A DNA stretch of 63,999 bases, the filler included, from a bacterium (GTDB lineage Bacteria > JALSQH01): NCBI GenBank assembly GCA_027004335.1. It is 16 parts of 16 records of this genome, joined end to end, with 100 filler letters (N's around TTAATTAATTAA, not from the genome) between each part and the next. Parts side by side here need not be neighbours in the genome. Positions count along the whole stretch, not along the records: positions 24,179 to 32,885 come from JALTID010000171.1; positions 32,986 to 35,896 come from JALTID010000172.1; positions 35,997 to 44,569 come from JALTID010000173.1; 13 more parts are not named here. The stretch is one strand, 5' to 3'. Shown here piece by piece: positions 32,660 to 42,149 of this stretch; positions within the stretch are counted from its first letter, which is position 1; every line of letters begins with the position of its first letter. The notes under the pieces are model-generated. The model worked only from the letters and a program-made list of their open reading frames with translations. It was not told the DNA's origin and did not search any database. The position numbers and the translations under genes are program-made.

Positions 32660-32885
32660 AAAAAATGGGATAATGCGTTGGAACGTGCAGGGAAGATTGA
32701 GGATGATTTGGGTAAATCAAAATCCTTAGAAAATATTGCAAAATCGCTGGTAGTGGCATGGGGAAAGACAATCAATATTGGCTCATTTAATAAGGTATTA
32801 GAATCTGTAGAGCAGATTAAGAATAAGTGGGCTAAATCCGTAGACTTAAAAAGTATTGTAGAAGCATTACTAGCGGAATGTGGCG
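32660..32885 (+). CDS. internal fragment of a helical-repeat (TPR-like) protein
   Basis: Repeats WDNALERAGKIEDDLGKSKSLENIAKSL / FNKVLESVEQIKNKWAKSVDLKSIVEAL; no start codon. Confidence 0.5.
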
Positions 32886-32985
32886 NNNNNNNNNNNNNNN
32901 NNNNNNNNNNNNNNNNNNNNNNNNNNNNNTTAATTAATTAANNNNNNNNNNNNNNNNNNNNNNNNNNNNNNNNNNNNNNNNNNNN

Positions 32986-33093
32986 CCCCTCCTTTTCTGC
33001 TCTTCTCGCTACATCTCTTACCTCATTGAGAGCAAAATCATGAGCTGTATCCCCTATTAACTGGAGATCCTCACCAGGATCAAAATTTACCAT
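32986..33093 (-). CDS. acyl-CoA dehydrogenase, N-terminal fragment
   Basis: MVNFDPGEDLQLIGDTAHDFALNEVRDVARRAEKEG; SD AGGAGGTG. Confidence 0.7.
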
Positions 33094-33235
33094 TTTTCAC
33101 CTCCTATGTTTAATTATGTTAAGCTATTCATATACATGTTTAGACTCCTTACTTGTAAATACCGCTATTCATTTATTCATAGCAAAAATTGACACAGGTG
33201 TCAAGAATAATCCTTCTGCTGGTTAAATTTTTCAT

Positions 33236-33264
33236 TTGACTTTTACTTGTTATAACATTATAAT
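33236..33264 (+). promoter_or_regulatory. sigma-70 promoter TTGACT-N17-TATAAT with no downstream plus-strand gene
   Basis: Near-perfect consensus. Confidence 0.5.
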
Positions 33265-33377
33265 AATTATAACTTGAGGGAAGAGGGTTTTATAATCCTT
33301 TTTCACCCTTCCAGAAGAAACAGGAGCAGTACCTGCTATTAAGAAAACAGAGGATAGTGCCTATACAGAAAAATAAT

Positions 33378-33893
33378 TTATGAAAAACTTTGAGGGAAAG
33401 TAGCTGGTGATCCTACCACCAGAAAGTTCCACTTTCCCTCCTCTGCTTCAACAATTTTAAAACCTGCTTCCTTCATTAAATCAGAAACTTCTCTCACATC
33501 GTAGTAATATTCAGGGACCCCCGTTATAGTTCCCTCCTTCCAGTCAACAATTATCAATTCGCCATCTGGAACCAGGACAAAGATCGCCTCACTGAGAAAT
33601 TTTTTCACATTAGAAATATGATGAAAACTCCTTATAAGATAAATCAGATGAAATCTCCCACCTAACTTTGTTATCTCCTCACCACTCATTGCAAGACATT
33701 TTAATCTCTCTCCACTGCGCGAGTAGATAAAAGGATCAACACCATAACCGTTAACTCCAAATTTCTCAACCACCTTTTCTAAAAAATTGCAGCTACCAGC
33801 ACCAACCTCAAGTATATTGGTATCTGGCAATACATACTTTTCCAGAGCCTCTATTAAGAAAATATTACCTTCATCCTCCATGGAATAATACAT
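33378..33893 (-). CDS. class I SAM-dependent methyltransferase
   Basis: ILEVGAGS motif I, SFHHI, LVPDGELIIVDW. Confidence 0.85.
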   Translation of the reverse strand: MYYSMEDEGNIFLIEALEKYVLPDTNILEVGAGSCNFLEKVVEKFGVNGYGVDPFIYSRSGERLKCLAMSGEEITKLGGRFHLIYLIRSFHHISNVKKFLSEAIFVLVPDGELIIVDWKEGTITGVPEYYYDVREVSDLMKEAGFKIVEAEEGKWNFLVVGSPATFPQSFS

Positions 33894-34017
33894 TTTAGAA
33901 ATATTTTAGCATAGAGGAGAAATCATACAAAAATTTAGGCGTATTGTGTGACAAGGTGCGGCCGAAGGCCCGCCCCACAACAAAGACTTACCAAAGTAGT
34001 TTGAGCCCGGAGAACCT

Positions 34018-34281
34018 TTATTTCCATTTATCAATGTCTTGCAATATCTCCTGAGCATCAAAGATCCTGTTATTCAAACTATTACTCTCCGCAAGATCAA
34101 TGAGGGCATTCAATTCTTCCACTATCATTGGCAAAGGTTCTTTGCCTATCTTTTTTTTCATCTCTTCAAAAAGAATGTTCTCAAGTTTCTCAATAGCCTC
34201 TAAGTTATTTAATCTAAGTATCTCCTTAATAATTTTTATTTTTCTTGTTTCCAGATTCGTAATACGCTCCTGCATTGTCAC
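34018..34281 (-). CDS. small hypothetical protein resembling addiction-module (antitoxin-like) components
   Basis: NLETRKIKIIKEIL..PM..EELNALID.AE pattern, recalled from proteins found next to RelE/ParE toxins. Confidence 0.45.
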   Translation of the reverse strand: MTMQERITNLETRKIKIIKEILRLNNLEAIEKLENILFEEMKKKIGKEPLPMIVEELNALIDLAESNSLNNRIFDAQEILQDIDKWK

Positions 34282-34346
34282 TAACTCTTCTTATTAAAAT
34301 ACATTGCAAAAACAGGAAAATGTCAAATTGGGACTTACGGCTTCAC

Positions 34347-35357
34347 TCACATCAACCCCAATCCTTTATGCTTTTCTACAATCGTATCCACAAGAGTGTC
34401 AAGTTTGTTAAAATCTTCTCCTTCGGGATAACCTTTGATAAGAACAGGCTCAATCCAGTCTACTTTCAAATTTGAGATAAGTCCCTTAAGATGGTCAAGC
34501 CCTTTACCACCCCATCCATATGAACCAACCATTGTGGCGATTTTGATCTTTGGCCTTAACGCATTGGCAAAATAAGCAGCATAAACCACCATGGGATGGA
34601 TCCCGCTTAATACATATGGTGATGCAAAAATCACCGTGGCACTATCCACAAGTTCCATAGCAAGTTTACCAGCATCCTCCTTTATAAGATTGAGGGGCAA
34701 AATTTCAACACCTTTTTCTGAAAACTTATCAACTACATAATCCACAATAACTCTGGTGCTTCCATGCATTGAGGCAAAGGGAACAACAACTTTATTGGAA
34801 ACTCTATCAGATATCCACTCCCTATAAGCATTGATGATGATCTCTGGATTATCATATAGAGGGCCATGACTGGGAGCTATGATCTTGATTTCTTTACCGG
34901 AGAGTTTTTCTAAATTTTTCTTAATATGCACTCTGAAGGGCATCATTATCTCAGCGTAATACCTCTTTGCATCCTCTATTACCTTATACTCATCATACAC
35001 AAAGAGATGGCTGGTGGCTCTATGAGAACCAAAGAAATCACACGAAAAAAGGATCTTATCTTCAACAAGATAAGTCCTCATTGTCTCAGGCCAGTGGACC
35101 CATGGGGTGTAAATAAATTCAAAGGTCTTATCACCAAGCTCAAGGGTTTCACCATCCTTTACCTCAATAAATTTTTCTTCGGGGATCAAAAGCAGATCCA
35201 TTAAAAAACCTTTGCATTTAGGGTTGGTGACAACCTTTGCCTCAGGAAATCTCTCAAGAACATCAGGGATACTTCCCGAATGATCCTGTTCAGCATGGCT
35301 TGAGATCAAATAATCAATTTTGGTTATACCTAATTCCTCAAGGTTTTTAAATAACAC
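34347..35357 (-). CDS. fprA: flavodiiron protein (FprA family), N-terminally truncated
   Basis: HAEQDHSG, TPWVHWPE, SCDFFG, APSHG, flavodoxin domain SMHGST / GSYGW. Confidence 0.9.
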   Translation of the reverse strand: MLFKNLEELGITKIDYLISSHAEQDHSGSIPDVLERFPEAKVVTNPKCKGFLMDLLLIPEEKFIEVKDGETLELGDKTFEFIYTPWVHWPETMRTYLVEDKILFSCDFFGSHRATSHLFVYDEYKVIEDAKRYYAEIMMPFRVHIKKNLEKLSGKEIKIIAPSHGPLYDNPEIIINAYREWISDRVSNKVVVPFASMHGSTRVIVDYVVDKFSEKGVEILPLNLIKEDAGKLAMELVDSATVIFASPYVLSGIHPMVVYAAYFANALRPKIKIATMVGSYGWGGKGLDHLKGLISNLKVDWIEPVLIKGYPEGEDFNKLDTLVDTIVEKHKGLGLM

Positions 35358-35467
35358 CCCTTTTCTTATTTTAAAATTACTATAATTTTAAATTTTTTAT
35401 TTTCAACTAAAATTGTCTAAAACTCACATTATTGCAGGATACAACCTTATATGTTATTCTAAATTCA

Positions 35468-35860
35468 ATGTTTGGAATAGGATTCTGGGAATTAATTCTT
35501 ATCTTTGTGGTGGCACTAATAATCTTCGGACCGGAGAAACTACCCAAGATTGCTGCATCTTTGGGGAAAGCTTATTATGAGTTTAGAAAAACCTTTGAAG
35601 AAGTCAAATTTGATATAGAAAACGAGACTCAGGATATCAGAAATCTTGATCTGGAGTTAGAAGAACCGGGGAAAGAAGAAGCAGCAACAGAAAATAGCAG
35701 CAAAGAAGAAGGGAAAGGAGAAGTTGAAAAAAAAGAAACAGACCAGGAGGAAGAAGCAGCACAGGCAGAAGAAACCCAGCAGGAAGCAGAGAGTGAGCAA
35801 TTAAACAACACCTCTTTTACACAATCCACAGAATCACAAGATGGCAAAGAAGAAAAATGA
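35468..35860 (+). CDS. tatB: twin-arginine translocase TatB (TatA/B family)
   Basis: MFGIGFWELILIFVVALIIFGPEKLP, acidic tail. Confidence 0.85.
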   Translation: MFGIGFWELILIFVVALIIFGPEKLPKIAASLGKAYYEFRKTFEEVKFDIENETQDIRNLDLELEEPGKEEAATENSSKEEGKGEVEKKETDQEEEAAQAEETQQEAESEQLNNTSFTQSTESQDGKEEK

Positions 35861-35896
35861 AAATACACCTCCAGCTGATAATATGGGGGAAATGAC
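35841..35896 (+). CDS. probable start of TatC
   Basis: MAKKKNENTPPADNMGEMT.. overlapping the tatB end; call rests on position only. Confidence 0.4.
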
Positions 35897-35996
35897 NNNN
35901 NNNNNNNNNNNNNNNNNNNNNNNNNNNNNNNNNNNNNNNNTTAATTAATTAANNNNNNNNNNNNNNNNNNNNNNNNNNNNNNNNNNNNNNNNNNNN

Positions 35997-37194
35997 TTTT
36001 GGCAGGATTTACGCCGGTAAAATTACCGATTTCCCAGAAGTAAAGGATACAGAGGAATTCTCACCAGCGGCACCATCTTTAGAAGCAGTTGAAAAAGTGG
36101 CTGAGATAATAAAAAAACATCAAAAAGTGGTGCTTCATGCAGGGGGAGGAGTATTGAAAAGCGGGGCATCTGATCTACTGAGAGAAATTGCAGAAAAATA
36201 CAATGTTACTGTGGTCCCTTCACTTTCAGCAAGAGGGGTATTTCCTGAAACACATCCTTTATGCTTTCTTCCATTAAGCTACGGAGGAATGTCTGCACTG
36301 GGAGATGCAGAGGTTGTCATAGTACTGGGGGCGAGATTGACCGCTATGGAACTCTGGGGGAAGCCACCCATGTGGGGAGATGAAGAACAGATTCTGGTCC
36401 AGGTAGATGCAGAGCCGGAGAGTCTTGGTTTAAACCGCAGAATTAATCTTACCATCCAATCTGATATTAAGAATTTTCTCCTTGCACTGAAAGACAGATT
36501 AGAGGGTATGGAACCTCGTGAAAATCCCGACCTTCAAAGTTATAGAGATGCGCAGGAAGCATGGGAAGCTACTTTTATTGAAATGGCAGAGAGTGACGCT
36601 GTTCCACTCCACCCCCTCCGGGCTGTTAAAGAGATAAACTCCTTTATCACCGATGATGATATAGTCGTACTTGATGGTGGAAATACTCAGGTATGGATAA
36701 ATTATCTTTTAAGAAGGAACAAACCGTACAAATTTCTGGCTCAGAACAACTCGGGAATGCTTGGTGGAGGATTATCAAAAGCTATAACGGCAGCCATGCT
36801 TGACCCCGGAAACAGAGTATTTTTCCTTACAGGGGATGGAGCGTTTATGTTCAATATTCAGGAATTAGAAACTATCGCGAGACTTGGATTAAAAAATATT
36901 TTTATCTTTGTATTCAATGACAGAGGATTTGGTATGATAGCTGCTGCAGAAGAAAATCTTGAAAAAGTCGGGATTAACTTTTATGATATTGAATATGTAA
37001 AATTCATGGAAGCAGTTGGTGGTAGAGGAAAAAGGGTGAAGAGCCCTGATGAATTGAAAAATGTAACTGAAGAATTTTTAAAAGCTGGAGGTCCTGCCCT
37101 TGTGGACATCCTTGTAGACAGAGAAATAAATCTAAGACCTCCGGACCTTGAAACTCTTGAAGCAATATGGATGGAGGGTATAGATGTCTTCTGA
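35997..37194 (+). CDS. thiamine pyrophosphate-binding enzyme, central and C-terminal part
   Basis: PLHP.R, LDGGN, GMLGGG, TGDGAF-x~25-ND TPP-binding motif. Confidence 0.9.
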
Positions 37195-37612
37195 AAAATT
37201 GTTAGTAGCGTCACCAGAGTGGCTGGAAAAAGCAAAAGAAATAATTAACAGCGATGCTGAGTATGAGAAACTTGCCAGAAACATCAACAATACTTTTACC
37301 TTCTATATCAAGAAGGAGCCACAGAATGGGATCAACGAAGATATAATCATCGGCTACAAAATAGAATACGGCAAGCTAACAGAGTTCTGGACCGAGAAGA
37401 GAAAAACAGACTTTGAAATCTCCGGACCATATGGAGTATGGGTAAAAGTTTTTAACAATGAAATGGGACCTGTTAAAGCCCTTACAATGGGAAAATTAAG
37501 AGTAAAAGGTTCTCTTCCAAAACTCTTAAAATTCAACAAAGCAACATTGAGATTTGTGGATCTCCTCAGACAGGTGCCCACCAGATTTCACGGGAAGTAT
37601 GGGGAAGAATAA
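37184..37612 (+). CDS. SCP2 sterol/lipid-binding domain protein
   Basis: SPEWL..INSD.EY, DFEISGPY..W, ALTMGKLRVKG. Confidence 0.85.
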   Translation: MSSEKLLVASPEWLEKAKEIINSDAEYEKLARNINNTFTFYIKKEPQNGINEDIIIGYKIEYGKLTEFWTEKRKTDFEISGPYGVWVKVFNNEMGPVKALTMGKLRVKGSLPKLLKFNKATLRFVDLLRQVPTRFHGKYGEE

Positions 37613-37649
37613 CTCTTCTTTTTGAATTTTATTGGAGTGATCAAGTACC

Positions 37650-38069
37650 TTACTCTCCAATAATTTTTATAAGGACCCTCTTTCTTCTTCTACCATCAAA
37701 CTCACCATAGAAGATCTGTTCCCATGGTCCAAAATCTAACTTACCATCAGTGACTGCCACAACTACTTCTCTCCCCATAACCTGTCTTTTTAGATGAGCA
37801 TCTCCATTATCCTCACCTGTTCTATTATGCATGTACCTGCTTAAAGGCTCATGCGGGGCAAGTTCCTCAAGCCATCTTTTGTAGTCCTCATGTAATCCTG
37901 ATTCATCATCATTGATAAAAACTGAAGCTGTAATATGCATTGCATTTACAAGCACAAGACCCTCCTTTACACCACTTTCTTCTACAGCTTCTTCTACTTC
38001 TCTGGTTATATTTACAAACCCTACCCTTGTGGGAAGATCAAACCACAGTTCCTTTCTATAAGATTTCAT
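37650..38069 (-). CDS. YjbQ/UPF0047 family protein (second paralog)
   Basis: [38 protein letters not shown]. Confidence 0.92.
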   Translation of the reverse strand: MKSYRKELWFDLPTRVGFVNITREVEEAVEESGVKEGLVLVNAMHITASVFINDDESGLHEDYKRWLEELAPHEPLSRYMHNRTGEDNGDAHLKRQVMGREVVVAVTDGKLDFGPWEQIFYGEFDGRRRKRVLIKIIGE

Positions 38070-38099
38070 ACAGTAACCTCCTTGGCCTGAAAACTCAGT

Positions 38100-39833
38100 T
38101 TACTCAGGAAGATACTTTTTTCTCTCCTTATCAATCAAATCAATAATCTTCTCTACTGCGTTATCTATTTTTACTTCCACAGCTATATCCCCTTTTCTGG
38201 ATTTAATCTCTACAATGCCCTTTTCTAACCCCTTCTCACCTACAACAATTTTGAAGGGATAACCTATGAGATCAGCATCCTTAAATTTAAAGCCGGCCCT
38301 CTCCCCCCTGTCATCAATAACTACTTCTACACTCTTTTGTAGGAGTTCACCATAGATTTTTTCTGCAACAGATCTTACCTCCTCCTTATCCCAATTGGTT
38401 GGAAGGAGTATCACCTCAAATGGAGCAATTGAGATAGGCCATATTATTCCTTTTTCGTCGTGATTCTGCTCAATGGCAGCAGAAGCCACTCTTGTGACAC
38501 CGATGCCGTAACAGCCCATAATAAAAAGTTTTTCTTTCCCATCCTTATCAAGAAAAGTAGCATTCATGGATTCACTATATTTTGTCCCCAGTTTAAAAAT
38601 ATGACCCACCTCAATCCCCCTGTAAAACTCAAGGGGTGTGCCACACTTTGGACATCTGTCACCCTCCACAGGCATCCGGATATTTACCACTTTCTCTTCA
38701 ATTATTGGAAAATCTCTCCCCGGATTAACATTCACATAATGATAATCCTCCTCATTGGCTCCGGTTATTCCATTTCTTATATTTACAATTGACTTGTCAA
38801 TGAGAATTTTATCAAATTTTAACCCAACTGGACCTGCAAAGCCCACCGGTGCTCCTGTTATCTTCTCAATGGTTTCTTCATCTGCAAGCTCAATCCAGTT
38901 TGCCCCTATAATATTCCTAACCTTTACCTCGTTCACATCGTAATCTCCTCTGACCAGAACCATCACTTCACCTTTATCAGTAGAGTAAATCAGGGTTTTG
39001 ATCATCTTTTTCGGAGATGTTTTCAAAAACTTGCTGACTTCTTCAATAGTTCGCTGAGAAGGGGTATGCACCTTCTCAAGAGGCATCATTTCCATATCAG
39101 AGAGGGGGTAATCTGTTTTAAAATCAGCTCTTTCAACATTTGCAGCATAACCGCATCCGGGACATGAAACAATTCTATCCTCACCAGTTTCTGCAAGAAC
39201 CATAAACTCGTGTGAATCGGTACCACCAATATTACCCGTATCAGCCTCAACTACTCTGAACTCAAGACCACACCTTTTAAATATCCTCGTATATGCTTCA
39301 TACATCGCCTGATAACTTCTATCAAGGCCATCCCAATCAGCGTCAAAACTGTAGGCATCTTTCATTATAAATTCTCTGCCCCTCATCAACCCAAACCTGG
39401 GCCTTGGTTCATCTCTGAACTTTGTCTGGATCTGGTACAAATTTATTGGTAACTGTTTGTAGGAGCGCACCTCCCTCCTGACAATATCGGTCACAACCTC
39501 CTCATGAGTGGGACCCAGACAAAAATCTCTATCATGTCTGTCTTTAAAGCGGAGTAGTTCTTTCCCATACAGATCCCATCTGCCGCTCTCCTGCCACAAC
39601 TCAGCAGGAATAACCGCAGGCATTAAAATTTCAAGAGCACCAGCTCTATCCATTTCTTCCCTTACAATGTTCTCTATTTTTTTTACAACCCTCAAACCCA
39701 GGGGAAGGAAATCATAGATTCCTGCTGCAACTTTTCTTATAAATCCTCCTCTTACCAAGTAATTATGACTTACAATTTCAGCCTCTTTGGGATCCTCTTT
39801 AAGGGTTGGAACAAGATATCTGGTTAGCCTCAT
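38100..39833 (-). CDS. proS: proline--tRNA ligase (with editing domain)
   Basis: [42 protein letters not shown]. Confidence 0.98.
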   Translation of the reverse strand: MRLTRYLVPTLKEDPKEAEIVSHNYLVRGGFIRKVAAGIYDFLPLGLRVVKKIENIVREEMDRAGALEILMPAVIPAELWQESGRWDLYGKELLRFKDRHDRDFCLGPTHEEVVTDIVRREVRSYKQLPINLYQIQTKFRDEPRPRFGLMRGREFIMKDAYSFDADWDGLDRSYQAMYEAYTRIFKRCGLEFRVVEADTGNIGGTDSHEFMVLAETGEDRIVSCPGCGYAANVERADFKTDYPLSDMEMMPLEKVHTPSQRTIEEVSKFLKTSPKKMIKTLIYSTDKGEVMVLVRGDYDVNEVKVRNIIGANWIELADEETIEKITGAPVGFAGPVGLKFDKILIDKSIVNIRNGITGANEEDYHYVNVNPGRDFPIIEEKVVNIRMPVEGDRCPKCGTPLEFYRGIEVGHIFKLGTKYSESMNATFLDKDGKEKLFIMGCYGIGVTRVASAAIEQNHDEKGIIWPISIAPFEVILLPTNWDKEEVRSVAEKIYGELLQKSVEVVIDDRGERAGFKFKDADLIGYPFKIVVGEKGLEKGIVEIKSRKGDIAVEVKIDNAVEKIIDLIDKERKKYLPE

Positions 39834-40237
39834 TTTTTCTCCTCCATCTCCAGTGTAAAATTTACAGGAATTTCTATTCTGACATCATCTGGTAATTTTC
39901 TGAAATTTAGTTTCATTATTACATCTCTTGTACACTCCAGGAATTTTGAAGAAGGCATAGGTTTCCATGTAATTCTTTTAACACCTCCATCCTTTGCAAT
40001 CCAGATCACAAGAAGAGCCTTACCGTAAAAGATATCTCTGTTTTTTAATGACTGATGATAACATAACTCAAGCTCAGGATATACGGAACTGATTTTACTC
40101 CCAATCTCGCCAGTTGTTAGGGGAGCTGGAGTTTTTTTTACCAAACTCTTTTCCCCGGCACAGGCTGAGAAAACCAATCCAACAACAATTAGTAATGCTG
40201 ATAAACTTCTTCCACTTCTTTGCATGGACCTCTCCAT
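39830..40237 (-). CDS. lipoprotein with an AgmX/PglI C-terminal (TonB-C-like) domain
   Basis: FSA-C lipobox; LCY..SL....G......I..DG.V...C......NF......I..P..F pattern. Confidence 0.65.
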   Translation of the reverse strand: MERSMQRSGRSLSALLIVVGLVFSACAGEKSLVKKTPAPLTTGEIGSKISSVYPELELCYHQSLKNRDIFYGKALLVIWIAKDGGVKRITWKPMPSSKFLECTRDVIMKLNFRKLPDDVRIEIPVNFTLEMEEKK

Positions 40238-41283
40238 TCTCTCAAAAAAGCTTCGCTGTCACCATTTTTATAAAAATCAATTTCTGCATAGGTAAATCGT
40301 AGGTTTTTCCCGAAATGCACGAGATCTAAATCAATCATCTCTATCCAGCAGCCAGTATTTATATATTTTTTGCCCTCCTTAAAAGTCTTGATCATCATTT
40401 TGTGAGTATGGCTGAAAATCACCGTATGATAATCGGTGGTTTTTAAAATCTTCTCTGCAGATTTTTCAAGAGGGTGTGCAAACGATTTTTCCATTATAAT
40501 CTCAAAAGTCTCCTTTAAAGAGGTTCGGTACCATCTGGTCTTTATAAACTGCTTGCTCAGAAAAAACAAAAAGGATCTGAGAAGGGCCATGACCCCCCAG
40601 AAGAAATCGTTGATGAGACCCCACCTAAAATAGAGTGAAAAAGGCCTTACTTTATCCACATAGGGCCTTTTCATTCTTAATTTATTGAGAATACTTATAA
40701 CATAAACACTTCCCCACGGTAGATTTACAATTGGTTCAGGAACTCCCCTGGTTATGAATAATTCATCCTCTTTATAGCGATTTGAAGGCTCATACTGCTG
40801 TCCATGCTCTATCCAGTATCCCCCAGTTTTATACATCATCCCCGCATAGTGATAAGGAACACCTATTACCTCTTCAAGACGATCTCTCACTCTGGGGAAA
40901 AGGAAACCTGCATCGTGATTACCCTGGATATACACAAGTTTTCTGTTGGGCTTTGACAAAAATTTTCTCAGCGCATCAAAGAAAACAGGATGTCCCTCTA
41001 CAATCTTATTGAATCTGTAGAGAGCATTTTCTTCGGTAATTCTGGCAGGATACTCTTCTCTGTAATCCACCTGTAATAGATCAAAAATATCACCGTTGAG
41101 CACTAGCTCTATTTCAGCAGAAGAATATTTTCTGTCATAATAATCAAGAAATTCTTCAAACTTATCATCATAGAAAAAGTCCTCCAGGAAGTTTAAGCTC
41201 CCATCCTCGTTGTATGGGCCCTTCCCAAGATGAAAATCTGATACAACAAGAATTATTCTCTCTATTTTATTTCCAATTACCAC
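40189..41283 (-). CDS. calcineurin-like metallophosphoesterase
   Basis: SDFHLG, NGDIFD, GNHD, EHG, SHTH, NTGCW. Confidence 0.9.
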   Translation of the reverse strand: MVIGNKIERIILVVSDFHLGKGPYNEDGSLNFLEDFFYDDKFEEFLDYYDRKYSSAEIELVLNGDIFDLLQVDYREEYPARITEENALYRFNKIVEGHPVFFDALRKFLSKPNRKLVYIQGNHDAGFLFPRVRDRLEEVIGVPYHYAGMMYKTGGYWIEHGQQYEPSNRYKEDELFITRGVPEPIVNLPWGSVYVISILNKLRMKRPYVDKVRPFSLYFRWGLINDFFWGVMALLRSFLFFLSKQFIKTRWYRTSLKETFEIIMEKSFAHPLEKSAEKILKTTDYHTVIFSHTHKMMIKTFKEGKKYINTGCWIEMIDLDLVHFGKNLRFTYAEIDFYKNGDSEAFLREWRGPCKEVEEVYQHY

Positions 41284-41536
41284 TGAAAAACTCCATCAGC
41301 ACTCTCTGTATCTCAGAGGAATAAACAAACTCGTTTTTGTTTCCCACTGTAAGATCTCCAGTTACACCCTTCACCAAGAGAATGTTATAACTTATTTTAC
41401 TTTCTTTTTCCACTAATAACAAACGGAATTCCTCTTCTTTTTTATACACAATTTTTACAATCCAGTTATCTATAAACACAGCCCTGCCATGGACGGGAAT
41501 TTTTTCAGGGGTAATAGAGAAATAAATTGTGTCCAC
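41267..41536 (-). CDS. hypothetical protein
   Basis: Fills an operon gap and overlaps the downstream gene. Confidence 0.55.
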   Translation of the reverse strand: MDTIYFSITPEKIPVHGRAVFIDNWIVKIVYKKEEEFRLLLVEKESKISYNILLVKGVTGDLTVGNKNEFVYSSEIQRVLMEFFSGNWK

Positions 41537-41546
41537 CTTTTCCCAT

Positions 41547-42149
41547 TCAGGGATTTTTGCAAATTCCTTTTTTTTTCAAAAAACTCCACTGGTAGAGATC
41601 CCTTTCCTCCAATATCCATTGAGTTTCATATCTTGTTATCATTCCTCTGAAAATATTACTCTGAGGCTTTGAAGGAATAGGGAGGAAACAACTCCTCGCC
41701 ATCAGAGCAGCGTAAAATTCCTCAAGCAGAGGGAGGTGGTCTGTGGAGAGATGGAGAACACCACCAACCTCAAGCCTATCAGCTATTAGATCAACAAAAA
41801 AGGGAAAACTTATCCTTCTCCACCTCTGGTGTTTCTTGGGCCATGGGTCAGGGTAATTTATTACTATTTTTGAAATAGATCCAGAAGGGAAAAGATCTCG
41901 CACTACTCTTTTACCATCACCCAAAAGAATAGCTGAATTCCTGTCAAGAAGAGAAAGCCTCTTTATAGCTTTCTGTACCCTTTTTTTCTTAATGTCACTA
42001 CCCACAGGATTGAACGAAGAATTCTCTGCCACCCAGAAGAGAAATTCGCCTGCTCCCATACCCACCTCAACAAGAAACTTCTCCCCTCTCTGAAGCGAGT
42101 TCCTTACCCAGTTATATGCGGAATCCCAATCTGTGATCACACTCCCCAT
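41547..42149 (-). CDS. trmB: tRNA (guanine-N7)-methyltransferase
   Basis: EVGMGAGEF, NYPDPWPKKH..RR, STD, TRYE. Confidence 0.88.
   Translation of the reverse strand: MGSVITDWDSAYNWVRNSLQRGEKFLVEVGMGAGEFLFWVAENSSFNPVGSDIKKKRVQKAIKRLSLLDRNSAILLGDGKRVVRDLFPSGSISKIVINYPDPWPKKHQRWRRISFPFFVDLIADRLEVGGVLHLSTDHLPLLEEFYAALMARSCFLPIPSKPQSNIFRGMITRYETQWILEERDLYQWSFLKKKGICKNP

Noticed and set aside
33935-33981. Integron attC site
   Set aside because: The core-like motifs are in the wrong order for RYYYAAC...GTTRRRY, and there is no integrase or cassette array
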